Source: a virus (taxonomy: Duplodnaviria; Caudoviricetes). Taken from it: DNA of 64,000 bases. Shown one piece after another: positions 38,381 through 47,927 of the stretch (positions are counted from its first letter, which is position 1; each line of letters opens with the position of its first letter). Location of the stretch: IMG/VR virus record IMGVR_UViG_3300031519_000015, positions 1-64,000 of that record. One strand, given 5' to 3'. Under the pieces are notes generated by a model. It ran no database searches, had not been told where the DNA came from, and saw only the letters and a program-made list of their open reading frames with translations. Both the position numbers and the translations under genes were made by a program.

Positions 38381-39074
38381 TTAGTAACTCCATTCCCGCT
38401 ACATTGAAACTTCCATGAAAACCAAAAGATTTATAAGTTTTGATATCGTTGTAATTAAAAGGTTTAATAGATGAAGAATGTTCTACTGAAAACTTATATG
38501 CTAAATTAATATCAGGAAACTTAATTCCTGAATCAACTAATTTTTGATAATGATTAAAACACATGAACCAATCTTCTGGAGTTATTGGCATGTCTATTGC
38601 TTGTCGGGGTGCTAACCAAGTGCAATCTTTAGGGTCGGGGCTATATTTGTATTTAGAACATTCACTTAAAAACTTTTTGCTTCTTAAAGAAAACCCTCCA
38701 TTTCCTACGGTATTGTCAAGTCCGTTTGTTATCCAAGGAGATCCAATGTAGTCGTATTCAAAAAATTGATCCTTCCACCTTTTACCGTCTATAACGTATC
38801 CATCCCATTGAACGATTAGGCAATAGTCTGTGTCTATGTAGCTGTGCAAATCTTCTATGCAGATTCTATTGTACTCTTCTAAAGTAATCTTATTTTTGAC
38901 TGTTTTCTTTTCTATACTTGAAGGTATTTTTTTACACAGGTCACTTTCTTCTGTAATGACTAAGCTTTTACCAAACACGCATTGACTCATGGAATACTCC
39001 ATAGCCTTTATAGTTGTTAGTAATTTGTCTTGATGACAAACTGACACTAAGGTTACATTATCTAATTTTTGCAT
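38370..39074 (-). CDS. DUF5672-family GT-A-like protein
   Basis: 'TDYCLIVQWDGYVI', 'YDYIGSPW', 'VGNGGFSLRSKKFL', 'PEDWF', 'FGFHG'. Confidence 0.75.
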   Translation of the reverse strand: MQKLDNVTLVSVCHQDKLLTTIKAMEYSMSQCVFGKSLVITEESDLCKKIPSSIEKKTVKNKITLEEYNRICIEDLHSYIDTDYCLIVQWDGYVIDGKRWKDQFFEYDYIGSPWITNGLDNTVGNGGFSLRSKKFLSECSKYKYSPDPKDCTWLAPRQAIDMPITPEDWFMCFNHYQKLVDSGIKFPDINLAYKFSVEHSSSIKPFNYNDIKTYKSFGFHGSFNVAGMELLNVR

Positions 39075-39921
39075 TTTTTGGTATCTGTGAGAGTAATGTT
39101 TTAGCCCTATTATTACATGTGTGTTTTTCTAGAACCTTGTTTTTTATTTCTGTAAAGTCTTCTATTTTATTTGGGGAAGAGTAATTTAAAGAATTACTAA
39201 CTTTAAACATCTTTTCTATAATTGCATCCATTTTATCAGATTTATCTTTATCATGCAAATCGTAATAAGTTTTCTTTCCCATCGCTAATGACTCAAAAAA
39301 AGATTGAGGTATATATTTATCAAAATTTTGAAATATAATTTCATTGTAATGGCTAAACGAGGCTTTCATCATATGAACTGGAAGAATGATATCTACAACT
39401 TTAGAAAGATTTGTGTTTGACGACATAACGTGAAAAGTAGAATTATACCTTCTAATTTTTTCTGAATCAGTGGTAACAATAATCGCTTTATCTATATTAT
39501 AATCAACGCCTATATCGTTATCTAAATTTAAATCTACAGCTTCCATAATTCTTAATATTTTTATTTTCTTTGTGAAAGGTATATATCCATCAACAACGTT
39601 TGTTATAAAGAATGGACAGCTTACTTTAGCCTCAAGTAATATGGTTTCTAGTTCCAAAATTTCACTGTTTTGACTGTTAGATACTGACAATATTAATTGT
39701 ATATTTTTATTTTCCGACAAATATAGTAGTGCGTCTTTAGAAAATTTGTTTGAAGAAGTAATATAACAATCAGGTTCATTCCTATCCATAAAATCAAATA
39801 AACTCATTGTTCTTTCAGTGATAGTAACACATTCATGTTCTTCACAATCGTCTATACATTTCTGTATATACAAAGCTTGAGAACTATGGTAATCTGCGTA
39901 ATTGTCTATTACAAATTTCAT
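39058..39921 (-). CDS. Divergent GT-B / CgeB-like protein
   Basis: C-terminal 'FFESLAMG' and 'VLEKHTCNNRAKTLL' resemble the CgeB/Glyco_trans_1_2 ending. The rest is divergent. Confidence 0.4.
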   Translation of the reverse strand: MKFVIDNYADYHSSQALYIQKCIDDCEEHECVTITERTMSLFDFMDRNEPDCYITSSNKFSKDALLYLSENKNIQLILSVSNSQNSEILELETILLEAKVSCPFFITNVVDGYIPFTKKIKILRIMEAVDLNLDNDIGVDYNIDKAIIVTTDSEKIRRYNSTFHVMSSNTNLSKVVDIILPVHMMKASFSHYNEIIFQNFDKYIPQSFFESLAMGKKTYYDLHDKDKSDKMDAIIEKMFKVSNSLNYSSPNKIEDFTEIKNKVLEKHTCNNRAKTLLSQIPKNAKIR

Positions 39922-40628
39922 CTTATCTTCCTGACCTTTTTTGTTTTTGTTATACTGTCTTTAATCTCTATTGCTCTTATTTCATGATTTAATGTAATCA
40001 AATCGTTTAATGCTTCAAAAATAAACTTTTTTCTGTACCTGCCAGATAGTAGTATATCTTTTAAGGATCTTATTGTTTGTTCGTCACATAAAACTAGCAT
40101 TTCTTTCCATTGTTGAGATCCTCCAAAAGAAAAATATTCAACCTGTTTGTTTTTAGTTATGTTTGCTCCAACTTCTACATTGCCATCCTTTACGGATGAT
40201 ACAAATGCATAACAGCTATCAGTCTTTACTCTGTTTAGCATTCTGGCGTTTATATCCATAGAGGAATCAATTACAACTAACTTTTTATTATAGGTATTAT
40301 TAAGAGCTAATCTTAAACTTTCGCAAGAGTTGCTATTTAGATAATTTACATTTTCCACAATCCTTATATTCTGGTTAGGATACTTTTTGTCTATGTATTT
40401 TATTAATTTGCCAGATTCTAAACCTACGCAAAGCAATATTTCGTTTCTTTTAAATTTTTTGTTTATAACTTTAATTTGTTTATCTAACAGAAACATCTTA
40501 TATTCCAACAAAGGGGCATACAAATTTGGAGTTTTTAATCTATGTCCAGCAAAATCACATAAGAGTATAAAACTGTACATGTCTTCTGAAAAAGATTGTT
40601 GACTCTTTTTTGTAGAAGTTATAGACAT
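39918..40628 (-). CDS. Divergent nucleotidyltransferase-like (LicC/NTP-transferase fold) protein
   Basis: 'FILLC..AGHRLK...PLL...LLDKQI..I...EILLCVG...IVENVNYLNSNSCESLRLAL' follows the NTP-transferase pattern, but the GxGxR loop is degenerate. Confidence 0.5.
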   Translation of the reverse strand: MSITSTKKSQQSFSEDMYSFILLCDFAGHRLKTPNLYAPLLEYKMFLLDKQIKVINKKFKRNEILLCVGLESGKLIKYIDKKYPNQNIRIVENVNYLNSNSCESLRLALNNTYNKKLVVIDSSMDINARMLNRVKTDSCYAFVSSVKDGNVEVGANITKNKQVEYFSFGGSQQWKEMLVLCDEQTIRSLKDILLSGRYRKKFIFEALNDLITLNHEIRAIEIKDSITKTKKVRKIR

Positions 40629-41050
40629 TAGCCATTCCTTATAGCTTTGATTTCATATAAAAGCCCATCGAATGTTACTGTATCTATTGTAAAATTATTA
40701 TGCTCCAGAACGTAAATTATGTTTTTATGGTCTTGAGCAGATTTGTATTTAAATAATTCTTTATTTACAATTTCTATATTTATTTCATTAGATTTATATA
40801 CGCTGCATAAAAGATCAAAACTTACGCCCCTTATAATTAAAGAACCATTAATCCTTACTTTTCTGAATGATCCGCTTACTAGATCTACAGCTTGTTCATA
40901 TGGTAAACAATCAGCTGCGGATTCCAAAACAATCATTGTGCAGGAACTATCTATTACTTTTTCTATATCTTTATAATTATCTTTTTCTACTAGTAGTTTT
41001 TCAAATCCATCTATTGATGAATCTTTGTCTGCCGTTATTAGTAATCTCAT
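40628..41050 (-). CDS. Truncated methyltransferase-like protein (140 aa)
   Basis: 'SCTMIVLESAADCL....RKVRINGSLII' resembles class I SAM-MTase motifs IV-VI. Motif I is absent. Confidence 0.35.
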   Translation of the reverse strand: MRLLITADKDSSIDGFEKLLVEKDNYKDIEKVIDSSCTMIVLESAADCLPYEQAVDLVSGSFRKVRINGSLIIRGVSFDLLCSVYKSNEINIEIVNKELFKYKSAQDHKNIIYVLEHNNFTIDTVTFDGLLYEIKAIRNG

Positions 41051-41571
41051 ACAACTCCCTCATAAAATTGATCAAATAATACTTTCCATTTAACAACAGA
41101 ATCTTCTTCTGTTAATACGTAATCATTGTGGTCTATCCCCCAACTGTCTTTTATTTCTTCTGATGTAAATATATTTAAATCTCCAATGTATGTTTTTGCA
41201 ATTTCCATTTGTTGTTCTAGCTTAGTAATATGTTGAGGCTTTGCCTTTTCAACAATAATCAAAGGTATTTCTAAGGCTTTTTTAACTCTTATAGCCTGAT
41301 GATACTGTGTAATTTTGTGTTGTATCAAAATCAAGTCAAAATCTAACCAATTGGGTATTGTGTTTTCGCCTAGTATACAATAATTTTCAGGAACTGGATA
41401 TTCTTCTTTATCCCACGGTTTTAATGTTGGAGAATTTAAAGCGTAAAAATTATGCCCAGTTTCACAAAGCATTGTTTCATACTCTTCATCAGTTGTTAAT
41501 ATAAGTATGTTGCATTTTCTATTTTCTTTAATAGTGTTTGCTTTATATATAATTTTTCTAGCCTTATGCAT
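41047..41571 (-). CDS. Stand-alone GT-B N-terminal-like domain (174 aa)
   Basis: 'NILILTT..EYETMLCETGHNFY...DFDLILIQH...IPLIIVE' resembles a GT4 acceptor domain. There is no nucleotide-sugar-binding C-domain. Confidence 0.35.
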   Translation of the reverse strand: MHKARKIIYKANTIKENRKCNILILTTDEEYETMLCETGHNFYALNSPTLKPWDKEEYPVPENYCILGENTIPNWLDFDLILIQHKITQYHQAIRVKKALEIPLIIVEKAKPQHITKLEQQMEIAKTYIGDLNIFTSEEIKDSWGIDHNDYVLTEEDSVVKWKVLFDQFYEGVV

Positions 41572-42673
41572 TTAATGCTTCCTTAATTATATTGCCAACT
41601 GTTTCATAATTATATTTTTCAGCACGTTTTAAACCATCAGATTTATTTATTGAATTTTTGTTTTCATAATACCATCTCATAGCCTTTTTTGTTTCTAGCT
41701 CATCTGGAGACATCCAGTAATCATCTCCTGTAAATATTTGAGGAAATGCTGGATTCTCATGATTACATATAGAATAAGAAGCAGGAATCAAGTGTCCCGT
41801 ATTCTTATTGTCTTTATCTATGAAGTCTAGTGGTCCACCTTCTTCGGTGCATATTGGAGTATTTCCATGACACATAGCTTCAAAAGCGGGTATAGACCAA
41901 CCTTCCCCATGAGAAATGCTGACGTAGCAATCACACGTTTTGTGTAAGCTCTGCATTATTTGCTCTGGAATAAAATCTGTTATTACATTAATTTCTGGAT
42001 AATGTTCTTTTTGCCTGTGAACTCTAAGTTTTTCTTTCATGTGTTCTATCGTAGAAATAAATTTATTTTTTAATTCTTCGGGTTTCATTGAACTGTCTGT
42101 AATTTTTAACATTAGAGTAACACGATCAGAGATATCAAATTCTGTTAAATAACACTTCACCAAGGCTTCAATGTTTTTTCTATGATCTGCTGTACCTATA
42201 AAATAAAATTTAAATTTGTTGGAGGAATTACTAAAATTAAGTGTTTCGTAAGATTTTTTATACAACTCCATATTAAATGCGTAGGGGATAACTTTTGATT
42301 CTACGTTAATTTCTTTCAACATCTGTTGATTATAGTTGTTTGGAACCCAAAGTTCATCTAGTTTTGTGTGTGCTAGAAGAGAGTTGTTTGATTTCACCTT
42401 GCTCTCAAATGGCATAAACAATACATTTTTCTTAAACTTTTTTGTACCCACACAATGAAAAGGAAGTATATGTTGTATACAGTAATCAATTCCTTGTAAG
42501 TTGTTTTTTTCCATACTTTTAACGTCGTCAGGAATGTCAATCATAGTGCTTGAAAGCTGGACATTTCTAGAAACAACATCAACGCCAACACTTTTAAGTG
42601 CTAGCATGTGATTTAATGCGCCAGCTCCCCAACCAGTATTTTCTCTGTAATGTCCTACGTATAATACTTTCAT
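41564..42673 (-). CDS. Glycosyltransferase family 4 (GT-B), 369 aa
   Basis: 'FKFYFIGTADHRKNIEAL', 'CDCYVSISHGEGWSIPAFEAMCHG'. Confidence 0.9.
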   Translation of the reverse strand: MKVLYVGHYRENTGWGAGALNHMLALKSVGVDVVSRNVQLSSTMIDIPDDVKSMEKNNLQGIDYCIQHILPFHCVGTKKFKKNVLFMPFESKVKSNNSLLAHTKLDELWVPNNYNQQMLKEINVESKVIPYAFNMELYKKSYETLNFSNSSNKFKFYFIGTADHRKNIEALVKCYLTEFDISDRVTLMLKITDSSMKPEELKNKFISTIEHMKEKLRVHRQKEHYPEINVITDFIPEQIMQSLHKTCDCYVSISHGEGWSIPAFEAMCHGNTPICTEEGGPLDFIDKDNKNTGHLIPASYSICNHENPAFPQIFTGDDYWMSPDELETKKAMRWYYENKNSINKSDGLKRAEKYNYETVGNIIKEALNA

Positions 42674-44331
42674 CTTAAATTAAAGACCTCCGCTCTTTTT
42701 GTTTCCCATAAGTTTATATTTCTTCTCATGCTAACCATTTGGTCATAAGCGATATTAAAGTCAAATGCCGCTCTCTGAGCGATGTTTTCAAAAGCCGCAC
42801 AACTTTCATTAAAGTAAACACCGGCTGTCACTTGAGTTGTGCAAGCGTATTGTAAATCCCTAATTAACCTTGCCATCATATGGCTGTTTATTTTCTCTGG
42901 AAGACACAAAACATTACCGATAAGAAATGCAGCTAATTCTTGGTGAGCAACGCGAGATGTATCTATTCCTTCTTTTGATGATGGGTTTTTTATTTGAGGA
43001 GGAGACATCCAAGAATCTTCAGGATTCATTAATTCCACACTGTCAAAATAGTCTTCCCACTTCTTTCCAGATTTTTCCCATTGAAAATGTTTTAAGAAAT
43101 TATTCCTAGTTTCAAAACCTAATCTTCTACGTATAGGCTTTGGTTGCTTAAAGAACTCGTATAATGTTTTTGCTGTTAATTCATTATCTGGAACCGCCCT
43201 CATGCAGCCAGTTTCCATTTCTTTATACAAAGACTTTGGCTTAATTGGCATACCACCAAGCTGTCTAATAACACTTTCCATAGCAGAATAGTCAGTTCCA
43301 ATGACAGGTACAGCACAAGCAGCCGCTTCTACTTGAGGTAGTCCAAACCCTTCACAGTTGGCGTGTTGTATGTATATGTCAAAAGTATTAATAATATCTG
43401 CTAATTGTTCATACTCTAAGCCTCTTTTAACATTAGAAAGTGGGCAATTATATTTTCCCGTAAATGGTGACTGAGCAACCGCACCTTTAAACAATGAGAC
43501 AAACGGTTTGCTAGTGTCTGGACACACGTATGTAAATAACACTCTGGAAGATAAATTATATTGCTGTAGAAGTTCTGGTATGTCCCAACCCATGTCTGGA
43601 TAACTTGTGTGACAATAAAGTTTATAATTATGATCATTGTCAACTTTGTCTAGTAATAATCTAAAAGACTCAAATAAGTCTGGATATAATTTCCTTCTTT
43701 GATTCCTCATTACTGTCCCCACAATTTTCCAATCGGGGTCTATTCCTATTTTTTTTCTTACACCATCCTTATCTTCACTTGGAGAATAGGCAGGATGAGC
43801 AGACGGTGGAGAGCTTCCCAAGTAGTTTATTTTACCACCAGATTGGCTTTTTAAAACTTCTCCAGCCCAATCAGAATAAGTAAAACAAGCATCAGCAGAT
43901 TGGTATGTTGAAATCCATTGTCTTGCCTGTGGGGCAGCGTCAACGGTAGGCATAACGCACCAATTAAAGAACTTTCTAAAAGGGGATCTTTCTTGAAAGT
44001 CTAACATCCAAAAATCTCTAATATCACATACTATATCTGGCTGAAAGTCTAAACAGACAGACTCAAAGAAAAATTCTCCAAACTGATTAGTATTCTTTGC
44101 GCTAAAGGCTTGTCTTTGCTGATCTGTGGCGTTTGCTGGCAAAGCAGCTGGATAATACTTCCAAGGTATAGTCGAGGCTCTAGGGTCTTCTGGAGTGCCA
44201 TAAGCGGCTAGTTCTGCAATGATATATTTGTTAGTTTGATTTAAATAATTTAATATTTCTCTAGTATACGTAGCATACCCAGTATTTAAGAATGTAGCTT
44301 CACTGCAAAATAATATTCTTTTTTTCCGCAT
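42670..44331 (-). CDS. Glycosyltransferase family 4 (GT-B), about 553 aa
   Basis: Start MRKKRILF at 44331 with GAGG RBS. 'VGTVMRNQRRKLYPDL', 'DIYIQHANCEGFGLPQVEAAACAVPVIGTDYS'. Confidence 0.9.
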   Translation of the reverse strand: MRKKRILFCSEATFLNTGYATYTREILNYLNQTNKYIIAELAAYGTPEDPRASTIPWKYYPAALPANATDQQRQAFSAKNTNQFGEFFFESVCLDFQPDIVCDIRDFWMLDFQERSPFRKFFNWCVMPTVDAAPQARQWISTYQSADACFTYSDWAGEVLKSQSGGKINYLGSSPPSAHPAYSPSEDKDGVRKKIGIDPDWKIVGTVMRNQRRKLYPDLFESFRLLLDKVDNDHNYKLYCHTSYPDMGWDIPELLQQYNLSSRVLFTYVCPDTSKPFVSLFKGAVAQSPFTGKYNCPLSNVKRGLEYEQLADIINTFDIYIQHANCEGFGLPQVEAAACAVPVIGTDYSAMESVIRQLGGMPIKPKSLYKEMETGCMRAVPDNELTAKTLYEFFKQPKPIRRRLGFETRNNFLKHFQWEKSGKKWEDYFDSVELMNPEDSWMSPPQIKNPSSKEGIDTSRVAHQELAAFLIGNVLCLPEKINSHMMARLIRDLQYACTTQVTAGVYFNESCAAFENIAQRAAFDFNIAYDQMVSMRRNINLWETKRAEVFNLR

Positions 44332-44332
44332 T

Positions 44333-44647
44333 TCAATCCTCAAATTCTGGGTGACACAGATCAAATTCATTAATTCTAAATACTATATCGTCACTATCTT
44401 TGCTAGAATTTTTTGCTGTTGCGTGAAATGTTATTTTTGCACCCTTATTTGCAAATCTTTCTAACAATTCTGCCCCGGTATGCCAAGCTTCACAATGTAA
44501 ATATGTGGGAATCCTACTCTTTTCTCCAGTACTTTTTGTTTTTCTGTAGTTATAAACAACCACGACAAACTCTGCAAAAACCACATTATTAACAGTGTTG
44601 GTCTTAGGGTTTTCAACTAAGTATCCAGTGAAACAACAATTATTCAT
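44333..44647 (-). CDS. ssb: Single-stranded DNA-binding protein (short OB-fold SSB)
   Basis: 'MNNCCFTGYLVENP', 'YLHCEAWHTGAELLERFANKGAKI' match the SSB OB-fold pattern. It ends in a short acidic 'PEFED'. Confidence 0.7.
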   Translation of the reverse strand: MNNCCFTGYLVENPKTNTVNNVVFAEFVVVVYNYRKTKSTGEKSRIPTYLHCEAWHTGAELLERFANKGAKITFHATAKNSSKDSDDIVFRINEFDLCHPEFED

Positions 44648-44662
44648 ATTTTCTCCTATCTT

Positions 44663-44691
44663 AGTATATTAGCTTGTACAAACAAAAACAA
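44663..44691 (-). promoter_or_regulatory. Sigma70-like promoter upstream of ssb
   Basis: The - strand reads TTGTTT-N17-TATACT, followed by RBS AGGAG and ATG, in a 48-bp intergenic gap. Confidence 0.55.
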
Positions 44692-44695
44692 CAAC

Positions 44696-46255
44696 TTAAA
44701 TCTCATGAATTTTATCAATTATAAAAGATGTGTCATTCTTGTTTACTGATCCGCAAAAAATTAGATTGTTCCCTTCGTATAATATATATTTATATTTATT
44801 CTTTACTTTTGGAAATATAATAACGCTATCTAGAATGCAAGTGTCATCTTCTATTGTCAAGAATGCCATTAATTGGCCTTTAGACTCACCTTTAGATATT
44901 TTATATTCCGATAGCCTTTGGACGTTACCAACTACGCATAACCCCTTACCCTTCTTTCCATTGACTATATCTTTACAAGTCGTGTTTGCAGCTGATTTAT
45001 CAGCTATGTCAACCCTACTGAGCGTTACGGGACAGCCAAGAAATCTAGTCTCTTGATCTACTATCCAAGACGGGTCGTCTTCTAATTCGTATGGAGGGTC
45101 TAGTAATAGTTGTATCTCGTTCTCTACAATTTGTTTTCTTGCTATTTTACTTGTGCCGCCACCTTCTTTTTTTGTAGGTGCTAAAGATCTTAAACATCCT
45201 ACGAAGTCTGTCCATTTTTTATCTTGATAATTAGATTGAACCCAAGTCTGCTCTGTCTTAGTTAATGTTCTATAAATGTCGTAATCATACATGGCTTTGT
45301 TTCTGGAAACTCTACCATTAAAATCTCTGAAGAAACCAATAGAAGCTAGAGCTTTAAATGCTGTTGAGCTTATTTTGGGGGCAAAGAAAAGTAATATTTC
45401 TAACCATGTAAACTTCTTTATGGGCTTCTTTAATTCTTCTTCTGATTCTTTGACAGACTCAACTACTTTGTCGCCAGTTTTTCCAGTAAGAGATTTAATA
45501 TCTTTTATTCCAAAATAAACCTTATGTTTCTTTACATTAAATTTAGTATCAAAGTTTGCCAAACTTGGAGTCCTTGCTTCTATTTCAAACAGTTTAGCAT
45601 CTGATATTAGCTCGTATATTTCTTGATGTGGATCTTGTTTTTCATTTGCGTAATAAAGATAGGACAGGAAGAATTCTTCTGTATTGTGAACTTTCTGGTA
45701 AGCACTCCAATAAGAACAAACAGCGTATGATATACTATGAGATTTATTAAATGCGTATCTAGAAGATGCTTGAATCCAACCAAATATTTCTTCTGCCTCT
45801 TCTTTGTTTACAATTTTAGCCTTCTTAGCTCCAGCTATAAACTTTTTCTTAACCTTAGCCATTAAGTCTGCTTTTTTCTTACCAATCGCTTTACGTAATT
45901 CATCTGCTTCTTCAAGATTAAAACCAGCTACCTTTTGAGCAATACGCATGGATTGTTCTTGATATACTAGCACCCCATACGTAGGCAGCAATACATCTTC
46001 TAATGATTCGTGCAAGTATGTTACTTCTTCACGACCATGCTTGCGATCAATAAAGTGTTGAGTCATAGACTTTCCATCCACGAAAGCTTTTAAGCATCCG
46101 GGTCGAATAATAGCAATTAAAGCTGACAACTCTTCAATATTATTTGGGGCAAGTTTCTTAGACCAAGACTTACCAAGGTTGCTTTCTAGCTGGAAGACAC
46201 CCTTGGTTTTACCTTCTTCAAATAGCTTCCAAGTTTTCTCGTCGTTATATTCCAT
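44696..46255 (-). CDS. dnaE: DNA polymerase III alpha, C-terminal fragment (fingers, HhH, OB)
   Basis: 'KTKGVFQLES', 'LSALIAIIRPG', 'TYGVLVYQEQSMRIAQKVAGF', 'ADELRKAIGKKK', 'YAFNKSHS', and OB 'MAFLTIEDDT..LDSVIIFP'. Confidence 0.95.
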   Translation of the reverse strand: MEYNDEKTWKLFEEGKTKGVFQLESNLGKSWSKKLAPNNIEELSALIAIIRPGCLKAFVDGKSMTQHFIDRKHGREEVTYLHESLEDVLLPTYGVLVYQEQSMRIAQKVAGFNLEEADELRKAIGKKKADLMAKVKKKFIAGAKKAKIVNKEEAEEIFGWIQASSRYAFNKSHSISYAVCSYWSAYQKVHNTEEFFLSYLYYANEKQDPHQEIYELISDAKLFEIEARTPSLANFDTKFNVKKHKVYFGIKDIKSLTGKTGDKVVESVKESEEELKKPIKKFTWLEILLFFAPKISSTAFKALASIGFFRDFNGRVSRNKAMYDYDIYRTLTKTEQTWVQSNYQDKKWTDFVGCLRSLAPTKKEGGGTSKIARKQIVENEIQLLLDPPYELEDDPSWIVDQETRFLGCPVTLSRVDIADKSAANTTCKDIVNGKKGKGLCVVGNVQRLSEYKISKGESKGQLMAFLTIEDDTCILDSVIIFPKVKNKYKYILYEGNNLIFCGSVNKNDTSFIIDKIHEI

Positions 46256-46763
46256 CGCAACACTCTTCGTTTTTGGTTAAGCACAATGCTTCAAATGTTT
46301 TGCATCTAAAATCTTCAAATTTAGGTATGATATCTTGTTCTATTTTATATCCATAATTTATTGACCCCTGCTTGTTAGTAGGGTGTATATTAACCATTTT
46401 AATCCAATCTTTTTTTGGTAGTGCATAATACATTACCTTTTGTTTTATTGAGTTGTATACGACCACCCTCAGAGTTCCATGCTTTTCTTTGCCACCATGC
46501 GAAACAACTCTATCGACTAAGCCTCTTTTTCTATTGTTTATTGTAGAAGATTTACAGTCGCTTCCATCACTAAAATCCATGTGATAAGAATCAATTCTTT
46601 CGTATCCACCAATATGAGACATGGCTTCTTCTAAAAGAAGAGACACATCAAACCATTCTGCATTAATTTTATTTATGTCAACAGATTCAGCGAAAGTTGG
46701 ATGATAGGGCAAAATAACATCTTGTATCAATAATTGTTTTTTTGTTAATTCATTATTTGACAT
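46245..46763 (-). CDS. Orphan putative PD-(D/E)XK-like endonuclease (about 172 aa)
   Basis: Likely start MSNNEL at 46763. 'LLEEAM...HMDFSDGSDCKSSTI' fits E..D..DxK. It overlaps both neighbours by 11 nt. Confidence 0.45.
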   Translation of the reverse strand: MSNNELTKKQLLIQDVILPYHPTFAESVDINKINAEWFDVSLLLEEAMSHIGGYERIDSYHMDFSDGSDCKSSTINNRKRGLVDRVVSHGGKEKHGTLRVVVYNSIKQKVMYYALPKKDWIKMVNIHPTNKQGSINYGYKIEQDIIPKFEDFRCKTFEALCLTKNEECCDGI

Positions 46764-47433
46764 ACAGATTACCGTTAGCAAACGCCTTGTCCAGTTCAAT
46801 GTTTTGGTAGACTGCACGATGAGTCTTCAATAGCTTTATAAAGATATTAGCTGTATCCTTAACATCCTGCAAGGCATCGTGAGCATTATCTGTACTCAAG
46901 CCCATACGCTCACGCAGCGTGTCCATGCTAATTGATCTAATGCTAGGATCGCCCTCTGTCCACATATGCATATTATCCATAACATCACATTTGTGAATCT
47001 TACTGAAGATCTTTTGTTGTTGCCTGCCTTCATCGAATGGTCCATACTCTTTACATAAGCGATTAATAATAACCATGTCAAATCCTATGATATTAAAGCC
47101 TACTGGAATAGGATTAAAGAATGGATCTTTCTTCCAATTGTATTTATCCACAAAGGTGCAAAACTTTCTCCATACTGATTTTGCCGTTGGAGCTTTGGCT
47201 AGATCTTTTCTATTCTTCCCAGTTATTTTCAACGCTCCTTCTTCAAGAGGGTCTAACCCAGCAGCAATAGCAGCCTCGTCGTTAATAATAGGTCTAATCT
47301 CGCTATTAAAAGTACCCTTCATGGAAAGGTTGCGACCGTCCAGAGCGAGAGCTGCTAGCTGAGTTGGTTGACATCTGTTAGGGTTGCGTCCACCTGTTTC
47401 AAAGTCAAATACAATAAAGTCTCTATTAGCCAT
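46753..47433 (-). CDS. DEDDh 3'-5' exonuclease (DnaQ/epsilon-like)
   Basis: ExoI 'VFDFETGG', ExoII 'GFNIIGFDM', ExoIII 'HDALQDV'. Confidence 0.9.
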   Translation of the reverse strand: MANRDFIVFDFETGGRNPNRCQPTQLAALALDGRNLSMKGTFNSEIRPIINDEAAIAAGLDPLEEGALKITGKNRKDLAKAPTAKSVWRKFCTFVDKYNWKKDPFFNPIPVGFNIIGFDMVIINRLCKEYGPFDEGRQQQKIFSKIHKCDVMDNMHMWTEGDPSIRSISMDTLRERMGLSTDNAHDALQDVKDTANIFIKLLKTHRAVYQNIELDKAFANGNLYVK

Positions 47434-47435
47434 AA

Positions 47436-47927
47436 TTAGTCCTTCTTTTCTAGTTTATCTAGTTTATTAATGCTTAGGTTAAAACAATCTGCTTTAACTT
47501 TAAAATTATTACTTGGATCAATGTCGCCCTTCTTTAGTTTTCTAGCCTGTTTAAAATACTCAGCCTTGTTCTTTTGTCCTAACACCCATGCTTTTACAGG
47601 TCTATCACCTTCAAATTGTACTCTTACAAAAAGGTAAATATCACATCTTTGTTTTGTATTAAACGCAGCTACTGAACAGTCGTAGTGTGGCTTAGGAGGA
47701 CTTGTGCATCGTTTTGTTTTTACATCATATGTTTTGCCACCACTTACAATATCAAAGTCATAAGTATTAGCTTTAATTCCACCAACACACTCCAAAGCTA
47801 TCAACTCTCCTACAAAACCCGCAACGTTACCTTTACCCTTGGTTATAGAATTGTTAAGCTTGCCTAAATCTTTAGCCATTACTCTGGCTTTAACTCTCAT
47901 ATAATCTGTAACTTCAACCTCTATCAT
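47436..47927 (-). CDS. Putative PD-(D/E)XK restriction-endonuclease-like protein (163 aa)
   Basis: 'GFVGELIA...YDFDIV..KTYDVKTK' fits E..D..DxK. Confidence 0.55.
   Translation of the reverse strand: MIEVEVTDYMRVKARVMAKDLGKLNNSITKGKGNVAGFVGELIALECVGGIKANTYDFDIVSGGKTYDVKTKRCTSPPKPHYDCSVAAFNTKQRCDIYLFVRVQFEGDRPVKAWVLGQKNKAEYFKQARKLKKGDIDPSNNFKVKADCFNLSINKLDKLEKKD

Noticed and set aside
46245-47927. Split intein or intron joining the two dnaE halves
   Set aside because: DnaE-N ends KELTNDRG with no Cys/Ser-initiated N-intein. DnaE-C begins directly with polymerase sequence and has no HN-C/S/T junction. The canonical FNKSH site is intact, and the intervening DNA is fully occupied by protein genes.
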